From Octopus bimaculoides (Eukaryota): a DNA stretch of 46,073 bases. Shown piece by piece: positions 35,585 to 46,073 of this stretch. The notes under the pieces were generated by a model, which was not told where the DNA came from, ran no database searches, and saw only the letters and a list, made by a program, of their open reading frames with translations. Position 1 is the first letter of the stretch. Every line of letters begins with the position of its first letter. The stretch covers positions 66,036,025 to 66,082,097 of the forward strand of contig NC_068982.1 of the NCBI RefSeq assembly GCF_001194135.2, read 5' to 3'. A program made the translations under genes and the position numbers.

Positions 35585-35970
35585 AGTTTGTTTCGGTCAT
35601 CAGACTGCAGCTATGTTGGGGGCACCGCCTTGAAAAATTTTAGTCGAATGAATCGATCCCAAGACTCATTTTTTAAAAACCTGGTACTTATTCTGTCGAT
35701 CTCTTTACTGAGCCGCTAAGTTACTGGGACTTAAACACATTAACACCGGTTGTCAAGCGACGGTGAGGGACAAATACTGACACAAACAGTCACACACACA
35801 CACGTACATACATATATAAATACGATTAGTTTCTTTCAGTTTCTGTCTACCAAATCCACTCACATAAGTTTGGTCGGCCTTAGGCTATAAAAGACACTCG
35901 GCCAAAGTGCCACGCTGTGGGACTGAACCTGGAACCATGTGGTTGGGAAGCAAACATGTTAGCCACACAC
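35585..35970 (-). mobile_element. SINE family A, CpG-intact copy
   Basis: gcaccgcc...gagccgctaagtta...accggttgtcaagcg...gtgccacgctgtgggactgaacc. Confidence 0.85.
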
Positions 35971-37827
35971 ACACTGATTTCTGATTCTTAAAATATGCTT
36001 TGCTAACGAAATTTTATACAACCGAAAGATGCTCCGATCATTTCCCACAATATTTTCCCCAAAATTTGTATTAGTTAATTAAATTGGAGTTCTCTCCCTT
36101 GCTCATTGACTTTAGATTTTAAACATCCTTAGAGGGAGTTTTTGTCCGCTAATTGCTCGGAATAATCATAGATAAACGAAGTTTTTCACCGGCTTCTGAC
36201 AGCTAATAGCATGATAGTGCCTTTTCACCTCACTTTTATTTTGCACATAAGAGAGTAAGCCGTATATATAAAATAAATGTATGAGTGTGAGATATACACG
36301 TTTAGAACGTTACATAGATAGATAGATAAAAATTCCTAGCTGGTCAATCGATGGAATGTTGGTCAGTGACTGAAGTTTGACGTTTTCTCTCTTTCCCTTC
36401 GGCGCTTCATTATATCAGTGATTAAGCTTTCCCCGGTCAGTTACTCAGTTACGATGGGATACTGTTCACCCCTAGGAGCACTGCATAATTAAACAACGTG
36501 TATATTACTTGAAAGTTATATGCTAAACACAAATCTTCTGAAAGACCTGGAAATGACAGCCAGTAATTCTCCTAGACATCTAAATATTTAATCGTGTCTT
36601 GACGAGCTGCTAGTGAATTAACTACTTCGCTTTGTTAGTTAATTTAACCTCCAGTTATAATTCACATTTAGACCGAGTAGAAGGTTTTCATTGAGTAATT
36701 GATATGCTGAGCTTGAAGTTAACCAGTGGCGACGACGGCGAGTGAGTGTGAAAGGCTTTATCAAATACTCCACCTCAAGTTTGTTGACGTTTCACTGTTC
36801 GGCCACACGTTTGGCGCGCACCATCCTTCAGTTCTGCTAGTGTTTGGGACACGAAGGAGCAACTTTTGTTTACGATTCTTTACCTTCGCATCGGTATTAG
36901 TTAACGAAGAAAAAGTGAAAACAGACTTGGTTTGACAGCTTGCCTAGAGAAGCAGTTACTTCGCCCCTGCCAACATATATCCTAGTGTCATATGTACAGT
37001 AAGTTATTTCTTTAGTCTTTTTTTCTCTTCTTTCTTTCCGATTATTTTTCGTGTTAGGTAGGATTCGAATTCTGACATTATTAGTCACTAAATTTCTAGT
37101 TCGACAACCAAATGGCCGACTTTACTGTTACTCGGCCATTACGATTACTAATATATATGTACTTTAAAATTGCCCTATATTTATTGTATTTTAGTTGTAA
37201 TTAATATGGATAGATAAATAAGAGATTTAATAGTTGAGGATAAATTCAATAGATTAAAAATCTTTGTAAGCAAATACATCCCTGTTAATAGTTAATTTTT
37301 TGTTTAAAATTGTGTATGTTTTTCATATCTATACTTCACTGTAATCATTTAACTTCGCTTTTGTTGTTAGTGCACTAACGACCGACAATTATGAACGTCA
37401 CAACTTAGCCTTTTCTAGCCGGTCCATGCTTCTCTCTCCCCCCCATTCGCACGGAGTTTTATGATTTACTAGACTTTCCGGTGTCACCTGAAATAAAGAG
37501 ACCCGTTATAGGAAAGGCAGGAACTGCTACATCACTTAATAGATGTGCGACCTCTTGTCTAGTCATGTATGAGACCTTGTCAATAGACAATTGTTAATGA
37601 AACAAACAGATTTACTATGTAGTGTGTGTGTGTGTGTGCATTATATAAGGTTGTAACGTTGTCTCGGCACACCGAGTCAATGACCTTCTAACGTTTTCCG
37701 CTTGCAACTCTATTTCACATCACTTCGCTCCACGTCGCTACTTTGGAGGGCGGGGGATGAAATGCACGAAACTCACAACGGGCTCCCTCCAAACCTTCGT
37801 ACAATACGAATCTGGAACTTTTTTTTT

Positions 37828-38030
37828 CTTTTCTAATCGAGGCACAAGGTCCGAAATTTTTGGGGAGGGGGCCAGTCGATTAGTTACGCAACCGGTACTT
37901 AATTTATCGACCCCGAAAGGATGAAAAGTAAAGTCGACCTCGGCGGAATTTGAATTCAGAACATAAAGACAGACGAAATACCGCTAAGCATTTCGCCCGG
38001 CGTGCTAACGATTCTGCCAGCTCGCCGCCT
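37828..38030 (-). mobile_element. SINE family B, CpG-intact copy
   Basis: On the minus strand: aggcggcgagctggcagaatcgttagcacgccgggcgaaatgc...gttctgaattcaaattccgccgaggtcgac... Confidence 0.85.
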
Positions 38031-39949
38031 ATGCGACAAAAATGAAAACATTTATTCCCAATGCATTTTGGATAGGCGGTTTGAATTATTTCATTTGTTC
38101 AAAATAGCTTGTTTATTTAGCATCAATTTAACCATGATAAATCAAACCTATGGATGAAATATTCCAACCATGACCGTCTCGACTTTTGCTAGGCCTTCTG
38201 TACTCAGAATCACATCTGATGTGTCATTTTTGAAGACCCAACGTGTAAATTGAGGATAGTTTGGCTGTTGTTTCTAACGGATCGAGCACCATTTTGGCTT
38301 GTTGCAATTATGGTGATCCATTTGGCACCACTTGGAGGTAGGAACATTGCCAGACTATTGATGTAGTAGTAGTGATGAAATGGTGGCCAGTATTGTTGAC
38401 ATTCATGAATAACTAGTGAGATTATGAAACTTATTTTGATTTATCTTGTATCAAAGAAAGAAAAAAAAAATCGACGGTAGTGTCCCAGCATGACCGTAGC
38501 TTTAAAGCTGAAGCAATTTAAAGAGTTGATATAAACTATTATTTACTAATGTGATTTCTTGCCACTTGTATATTTTTTACTGCTGTTTTGTCTGTCAAGC
38601 GGCGTTAAGTTTGTTGGTAAATAGAACCGGCGATCTGCTTTCGATTCCCTCTTGGAAATTATTTGGCGTATATCCCAATATCTATGGGAAAGACATGAAT
38701 ATTAGGTTCACTGCTCTCCGTCCAATATAATATAATATATATATATAATATAATGCCTGCACGGAAGGAGGACGTTGAACAATTATAAATGCTATCCGTT
38801 AACGAAGGAACTCTGGGTGCAATTAAGTGAAAAAATATCCTTCAAATAAATTAATATTCTTATAACGGTTGGCATTGTGGTAAGGTGGAAATTTACGGGA
38901 AATCCGTGGCAACGACTACGTTTTCGATTCACAGTTACCATAAGAATGGCTTTTGTAGCAGTGTACGTTGCCAATAGTTTATACTATTTATTTTCTCTAA
39001 ATTTAGGCTTGATATAACATCACATCAAAGTTTGAGCCAACGGGAGAACCTCTATGTACAAGAAATAGCAACCAAATCATACCCTTACAAAAGAACACAT
39101 TGGATAATGTAGGCCCGAGTTCCCTGCTTATAAGGAAAAGTTGGGATGGTTACAGCTGAAATGTTTTTGATCAGGTCTGCTGGATTAGGGCTGACCTACA
39201 GCTAAACAAACTATAGCAATCATTTTCAGAGGAAATTTAGATTTCTATATAACCAACAGATATACACATGTATACAGAAACTTCCTTTTAGTGATTTCTT
39301 CAATTTATCTATAATAATACTGATAAAATATAGAAAGAAAGTATGGTTCCATTTGCAAATAGATTTCTTTATGCCATTCAGAACGTCGGCCAAAATTGTG
39401 GTATATAGTCGTATTCTTTTCCATTCTAAGTTCAGAATTGCTGGAGTCGATTAAGTTTGTCAGAGTAGAAGTATCTGTCAAATGTACGGCCTTATGTCTA
39501 CCTACGTTAGAAATTTTTATTTATAATTTTAACTATTATAATCATTATATTTTTTAAAATCGTAAATTACAGAATTGGTAGTCGCCGGTTGACTTTGCTT
39601 TTTAATACTTCTGGGCTTGAAAGTGTCTTAGCATCAGTCAAGGCTTGATGCTTAGATATTTGATTATATTTATTCCTCAAAATATGAGGGCATGTATTTA
39701 ATTGTGTATTTACTCTAAGACAGAAGATTACAGTTGGGAGACAGCACTTATCTTTGCTAGTCATAGTCCTGGGTCTGTTACAATCCTCCTCTTGGGATGT
39801 TACCGTATTTTATATACTCTATACTATCATTTTTCGTGTTGTTTCATTCTATTTCAGCGTCATACACACTCTCCCTCGCTTTCCTCTCTCCCTTACCCTC
39901 CTCTCTTTTTGTAACATTTCTGTCTCCTCATCTGTCGCTTTTATGGCAT

Positions 39950-41100
39950 TAACTAATGACTCGTCTGTTCCGAAGGACTTTCGGCGCAGGGGCTAAGTAT
40001 AACTTCCAGAAATTCCTGACTTATCAGTGATACGGAGAGTATTGTTGGTTTGGGATAAATGGAACAGACACGGAAATGCTGTTAACTGGACCTGTCCAAG
40101 ATACGCACAGAGCGTTGAAACCGTACTTCATAGAATCATTCAGTCTCGGAGCATCGCTGACTTGACGGTCCGGCTAGCGGCCTTGTCTATCATGAAGATC
40201 GTCCCATCACCTTTCTTTGACCGAGAAATGTAGGTAGTTTTCGTCTCTATGGCAAAAGTTGGTGGACGCAACTGACAGGACTAAGAACAGATACTGCTTT
40301 TCAGACACGCCCTCATCGACATTTTAATATTCCACTTGGAGAGGGAGAAGTTGCTCTCCGAACAGCTGAGCGAGGGATTTAGTTTTGGTAATCAGAAATC
40401 CTGGATTGTAGGCTTTGTGAGTGACTCTAGATGGCGAATTTCTTCTTAGAGGACTTTATCACATTTGTATATCATCTATTTCCCCTCCTTCATTCATCCG
40501 ATTCCTGTGTAAACAAATTCTCATACATTTTGTTATATGTAACTTAACATCCGCCGTGTGGCAATGGAAACTAAATCTTCCTCCTCCTCCTCCTTCTTCT
40601 TCTCCTTCTTCTTCTTCTTCTTCAGTCCTGGGGTTTTATGTATTAGCCTGAATGATTTTAATCATTCTCAAGGAATCTGTTGTTATAGGAATTCTTTCTG
40701 TTTTTAGTCCTGACGTCCAGGCTATCTATATTTCCAAATTTTTCTATTTCTTAGAGAGATTACATTATTGTCTGTTAGGACTGATATTTCAATTCAGGGG
40801 TATTTCTTTCCCGGGTGATCCTTCACAGTATTCGGCAGATTAGCTTTGTTCTCTTTTGACGAAATGGATTAATATATAGGAAACCTTCCAACTCTGTCAT
40901 GCCTTGATTAAGACTGGACACTCGGAAACAATGCACCTAATTGTTAAATTCCCATATATTCTCCACATTCTGCATAATTACTTAATGTATTTGGCTTATT
41001 TCAAGCTTTCAGTCCTTCGTTTCTCAGCTTGTGTTGCAGTTTTCGTTGTCTATTTCCCACCTGGTTTTTTTTTTTTAATCTGTCTACTGGTCAGATCGGG
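39950..41100 (-). mobile_element. Heavily decayed CR1-like LINE
   Basis: Scattered motifs only: RHDRVG (endonuclease RxDR), SKKGDG (KKGD) and AYLGQ...QHFR (QHGFR). Boundaries are uncertain. Confidence 0.4.
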
Positions 41101-43024
41101 AATTTTGTAACCAACACTTTAACATAGCAATCTATAATTTCATTTTTAGCTTTCCTTTTAAACTTATTCACAATTTTGGAAGGTTGATTATGGGGTCTGT
41201 AGTTCTTGGGGTTTGTTGTTTCGATAGTCTTACGGATTAGAATACTTTTCTCTCTCAGTGAGCCAGTCACATGTCTTTGGGTCTGTCGGTATCTTATTAA
41301 ATGTCCTTGCTTGTTTCACATTGTGACCTTGTTAAATATTTTGTCCAAAAGTTTTGGAACTTAAGTTCTGGAACCAGCCACTTGTTTGTTTTTTAATGTG
41401 CCTGAACTACTTTTTATGTTATTATGACATCCTACGATTGTTCAAGTAGTTTGTTATTTGGAACAGTCTCTTCCTTGATCATACAGCTTCTCAATTCTTC
41501 TGCATCCTGTTGACGCTGTGTTGATTTCTATTTTATGTCGATTTCTAACTGAAATCATTTGGGATTAGAATCGAACTTCTTTAAACAAAAAGACAAAAAA
41601 CTCGTGTTTCATACCGCAGAGTTCTTTGTGATTTAACAAAGATATATTGTTTCAGGTATTCTTTAACTTTGGAAACATTTTTAATGTTACATTTCTGTGG
41701 TATTTGTTTAGTTTCGCTATTGATTTCATTGAAGATTGAGAGATGTTTGCCTTTCCTCCACTTTATATATTTTTTGTCTTTTCCTTGATGTTTGTATCTT
41801 GATATTCTTAAGACATATGATGAGGTATCCAGTCGTCTTTGTAACTACACTGTCCCCTGCATATAATATTTCGTTTAACCTAGTGATATAATGTCCATTT
41901 TCAATAAATCTATGATAGCCAGGTTTTCATTTTTATTGTTTTTATTAATTTATTGTTTGAGAGGTACTTTTGTTGATTTTTAAGATATATCGTTAAGTAC
42001 GTATGTTTGGAGTTTGCAAATCCTGTGTTGTATCTCGTCCTTGTATATTCCCGCTGTTTTGGACCCTTGTGGCTAAATAATGTGAAAATTGACTTCATAA
42101 GTTTCTAAATCTTTCTTCTAAAGTTTGCGCGCGCGCGTGTGAGTGAGAGAAAGAGAGAAAATAAAATTGTTGCAAAGAATGAAATTTCTGACATTTTGGG
42201 CAGTCTTTTCTTTAGAGAAAAAAGAAAACAGTTTTACCTCTTTGGATTCAATTCTATCGCGAGTGAGTGCATATGTTTGTGAAGGTGCGTGGTCTAGTCT
42301 TTGGGATGTTGGGTTCACGATCATAAGGTAGTAGGTCCGAGTCTTGCTCCGGGCGGCGTATTTTGCTTTTGAGCAAGGCATTTCATTTCATATTGTTCAG
42401 TCTATTCAGCTGATTGTTCGTGCTCGATGTTCTGATGGGCCAATGTGGGAGATCTGGGAGTGCCTGTCCCTGCTCGGGACTACATAAACACCTAAAATAA
42501 CTGGCGGAAGCGTAACCCATGCTTCCAGGTCATACTCGCTTGCGAGTGACGGCTAAGTTATAATATATATATATATATTTTACTTGTTTCAATCATTTGA
42601 CTGCGGCCATGCTGGAACACCGCCTTTAGTCAAACAAATCGACCCCAGGACTTATCTTTTGTAAGGCTAGTACTTATTCTATCGGTCTCTTTTACTGAAA
42701 ACACACCAACATCGGTTGTCNNNNNNNNNNNNNNNNNNNNNNNNNNNNNNNNNNNNNNNNNNNNNNNNNNNNNNNNNNNNNNNNNNNNNNNNNNNNNNNN
42801 NNNNNNNNNNNNNNNNNNNNNNNNNNNNNNNNNNNNNNNNNNNNNNNNNNNNNNNNNNNNNNNNNNNNNNNNNNNNNNNNNNNNNNNNNNNNNNNNNNNN
42901 NNNNNNNNNNNNNNNNNNNNNNNNNNNNNNNNNNNNNNNNNNNNNNNNNNNNNNNNNNNNNNNNNNNNNNNNNNNNNNNNNNNNNNNNNNNNNNNNTATA
43001 TATATATATATATATATATGAAAT

Positions 43025-43177
43025 GTACAGTATTATATATCCATCGCAGTTGATCTTACCAATCGGTTTCACGTAAGGGATACAATGGAGTGTTAGGTAA
43101 CAATCTGATTATATAACCTTACGCTCATCAGAGTTAGCCGATATGGAAGGGAATATGATGGATATATAATACTGTAC
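43025..43177. mobile_element. About 150-bp element with perfect 21-bp terminal inverted repeats (TA-CAGT...ACTG-TA, Tc1/mariner-MITE-like)
   Basis: gtacagtattatatatccatc (43025-43045) is the exact reverse complement of gatggatatataatactgtac (43157-43177). Confidence 0.85.
43053..43135 (-). ncRNA. Putative type I hammerhead ribozyme
   Basis: On the minus strand: aact-CUGAUGA-gcgtaagg[38 nt]ccttacgt-GAAA-cc-gatt-gg-UA-agat. Intact catalytic core, 8-bp stem II, 3-bp stem III with tetraloop, GUA cleavage triplet, weak proximal stem I. Confidence 0.65.
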
Positions 43178-45216
43178 TTATCGGATAACATACCCACGCT
43201 TAGACGACTCGCGCGTATATATATATATATATAATCTTGTTTCAGTTATTAGATTGGCCAAGGTGGGGCACTGTTTTGAATTTTAGTCGAACTAACCTAC
43301 CTCAGTACATTTTTGTTCAGCCTGGTACATATTCTATCGGTTACCTCACTGTTAAGTTACGGAGACAAACACACCAACACCGGTTGTCAAGCGGGAGTGG
43401 GGGACATACATACACACACACACACGAAAGGCTTCTTTCGGTCGACCAAATCCACTCACAAAGCTTTGATTAGCCCGAGGCTATAGTTGAAGACACTTAC
43501 CATAGGGACCACACAGTGGGACTTGACCCGAAACCATGGGGTTGGGAAGTAAACTACTTACCACAGCCAGTGACCGTGCTGGAACACTGTCTCGAAGTCC
43601 AACGGATTCCCAAAGAGGTCTATATCACCTTTCAGAAGTATGTTAACAGCCATGAAAGGGAGGGGTATGCAATATATTAATTTTACATTTAATTACAGCT
43701 TCTACATTTGATTACATGCGAATAAAAGTTTGGTCACGTAGGATGTATTCAAGCATTTTTAGACGGGCAAAAGAAGGTTGTGGAACATTTTAATGAACCC
43801 GAGTATTTCTGTTCCCTTTTTTGCCAAGCCACTAAGCTCGCAAACAAAGCAACGTCGGTTGTCAAGCGGAAAGTGAAACAAACGCGCACTTACATTTATG
43901 TGTCTTTATGTTTGTCCCCACCACCGCTTGACAACCGGTGCTGGTTTGTTTACATCTCTGTAACTTAGTGGTTCGACAAAAGAACGATAGAATAGCTACC
44001 AGACCAAATAAGTTGTGGGGTCCGTCTGTTTGACTAAAACCCTTCAAGGCGGTGCCCCAGTGTGACCGCAGTCCAATGGTTGAAAAACGATTTATACAAG
44101 CACGCGTGTATACCCGCGCACGCGCGACAGACATTTCGCTTTCTCTCTACCTAGGAAATCCACTCACAAAGCTTTGGTCCGTTCTGGTCTATAAACACTC
44201 ATTCAAGGTACCACGCAGTGGGTCTGAACCCAAAACCACATTGTTGCGAATCTAATTCTTTACCGCACTAAATTGTATATGTATGGTTGTGAAAGAGGAG
44301 AGAGAGCGCAACTAGAAATGAAATAAAAGAACAAAAAGGTGAGTTGTGAAATCTTACTCCCTGCCCGTCTGTCTGTTACGTTATTGAAGTGTAGGAATTC
44401 GTCCCAACCTTGAGTTGTTTTGTTGCATTACAGCATATTTTTTAGTAGGTTGAGTACAAAGGTCAAAATGTGGGACGAAGCTGTTCTATCCCAGCGGTTT
44501 TCTCCTCAACAACTGAAAGCTTTGCACACGTGACTTTTGGTCTTGTATGAAGATTATAAGCTAACTTCCCTCTTTCTCTCTCTCTTACATTCGTTCTATT
44601 TTTGTTTTTCTCGTACTATCGCTCGATGCAAGCAGGAACACATACACGTGTGTGTAAGGAAAAGCTAGTACAATAAAAATGCACTTTATTTTCTCTCCCA
44701 TTTCTTAGCGCCCTCTCCACCACCATTATATATTTATCTTCGCCTCTACCTCTATTTTCTCTCATTCAGCTGTATAAAACTTCTACGACTATTTTGTCAA
44801 CTTAAAACCTTGTAATGCTTCTCTTCTAGTTAAGCATATTTTAGTTATCTTAATCCATTTTAACTTTCTTTTATTATATTGGTGTCATTGATTTTTGCTC
44901 CTAAAAATTTCTTATGCAAGACACACATAATACTCTCAAGAAGTATGGTGTGTTTACCACACGCTGACAGCTCTTTCTAAAGACAACGATATCGCGAAAC
45001 GTGCGAAAATATACGAATATGTTGTGTGGGTGTGAGCAGTACCGTCTTAAGGCGCAGTTGCTGGGGGCTTCACACCTCAATAGACCCAGTTCTGACTATA
45101 TATGCTGTGACTTACTGTCAGTAAATAAATACTATAAGAATCCAGTGCATTGATTTCCTCGGGAGTTTGTAATTACCCAAGGTAATGAATGTAAACAGAT
45201 AGAAAAATAGATTTAT

Positions 45217-45561
45217 GCTGGAGCACCGCCTTTAGTCGAGCAAATCGACCCCAGGACTTATTCTTTGTAAGTCTAGTACTTATTCTATTGGTCTCTTTTG
45301 CCGAACCGCTAAGTTTAGGCGGACGTAAACACACCAGCATCGGTTGTCAAGCGATGTTGGGAGACAAACACAGACACACAAACATATACACATATATATA
45401 CATATATATACGACGGGCTTCTTTCAGTTTCCGTCTACCAAACTCACAAGGCTTTGGTCAGTCCGAGGCTATAGTAGAAGACACTTGCCCAAGTTGCCAC
45501 GCAGTGGGACTGAACCCAGAACCATGTGGTTGGTAAGCAAGCTACTTACCACACAACCACT
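45217..45561 (-). mobile_element. SINE family A, young CpG-intact copy
   Basis: tRNA-like head on the minus strand (gtggttgtgtggtaagtagcttgcttaccaaccacatggttctgggttcagtccc) and an internal (CA/TA)n. Other intact copies lie at about 42580-42720, 43235-43570 and 43830-44090. Confidence 0.88.
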
Positions 45562-45812
45562 TCTGCGCCTTGATAACAATGTAAATGTTTGTTTGTGTTT
45601 TGTCTTCGACAGCTGCAAGTTATACTGTTTCTCTTACGTAATTAATAACAAACTACTCCAAATTACTTTACTGGGCTGGTCAACTTTAAACAGACCAGTT
45701 TGGCTTCCAAATTGTCCGATCTTTGTGAGGTTGGGTCCTTACTCAGTTAAGGGCTTGCCGTTGTTTTGGTTAATGGGCTGTAGTGAAACTACCTATCGTC
45801 TCTAACACCTCG

Positions 45813-45878
45813 ATCGCCATTACATACAAAACTACCTATCGCCATTAGATACAAAACTGCTATCGCCATTACATACAA
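45813..45878. repeat. Short minisatellite, about 25-bp unit, about 2.7 copies
   Basis: atcgccattacatacaaaactacct / atcgccattagatacaaaactgct / atcgccattacatacaa. Confidence 0.85.
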
Positions 45879-45907
45879 TCTTCTCATTTGAATATAAACA
45901 AGCGAGC

Positions 45908-46045
45908 GTAGTGGAAAACACCAGCCTTGTCATCACGTGACTGATTATTATTTGAAGCGGCATATTCTTCGAACCTTTCCCGCCAGAACGCAAACTGACC
46001 AATCACAGCCCTTAATAAGGTCACGTGATAGTGTTTTCCTACTAC
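45908..46045. promoter_or_regulatory. Promoter-like motif cluster inside imperfect inverted repeats
   Basis: Two TCACGTGA E-boxes (45932-45941 and 46020-46029), E2F-like TTTCCCGCC (45976-45984) and CCAATCA (45999-46005), in CpG-rich sequence. Confidence 0.4.
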
Positions 46046-46073
46046 CGTCTTGGAGCCCTCTTAACGCTTTAAA

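Noticed and set aside
36726-36935. CpG-rich ORF and possible first exon
   Set aside because: No recognisable protein and no consistent downstream exons on either strand.
37111-37150. 9-bp GC-rich hairpin followed by CTAA-T, a possible Helitron 3' end
   Set aside because: No matching 5' TC end or second copy identified.
38792-38974. Peptide FPVNFHLTTMPTVIRILIYL, faintly like a Helitron Rep/helicase segment
   Set aside because: Similarity too weak to call without a profile search.
45288-45805. Repeated peptides such as TTGFFQFPSTK...SGTEPRTMWL (also 13982, 19597, 43237, 44052)
   Set aside because: Recurrent translations of SINE family A, not a gene family.

Overview
AT-rich eukaryotic genomic DNA, saturated with microsatellites and repeats, with eight N-gaps. 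The SINE, RTE and MITE content looks like Octopus (recalled resemblance, not verified here). No intact protein-coding gene or autonomous transposon is present. Most of the 6-frame ORFs are microsatellite, SINE or gap artefacts. By eye, a + strand multi-exon gene of unrecognised product appears to run through about 10-34.4 kb, as two chains of phase-compatible exons. The surrounding sequence is CpG-depleted up to about 35.5 kb and CpG-retaining after that, consistent with the end of a methylated gene body. The rest is TE debris: RTE (two lineages), Tx1/L1-like and CR1-like LINE fragments, hAT-like and maT (DD37D) transposase relics, two non-autonomous Helitrons, piggyBac- and Tc1-type MITEs, two LTR-like elements and several tRNA-derived SINE families. 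The strongest novel candidate is a type I hammerhead-ribozyme core inside a 150-bp element bounded by 21-bp inverted repeats (43025-43177). Next are a 151-bp inverted duplication enclosing a candidate exon (16557-17553), Helitrons carrying telomere-like repeats, and an intronic pre-miRNA-like hairpin (11702-11775).
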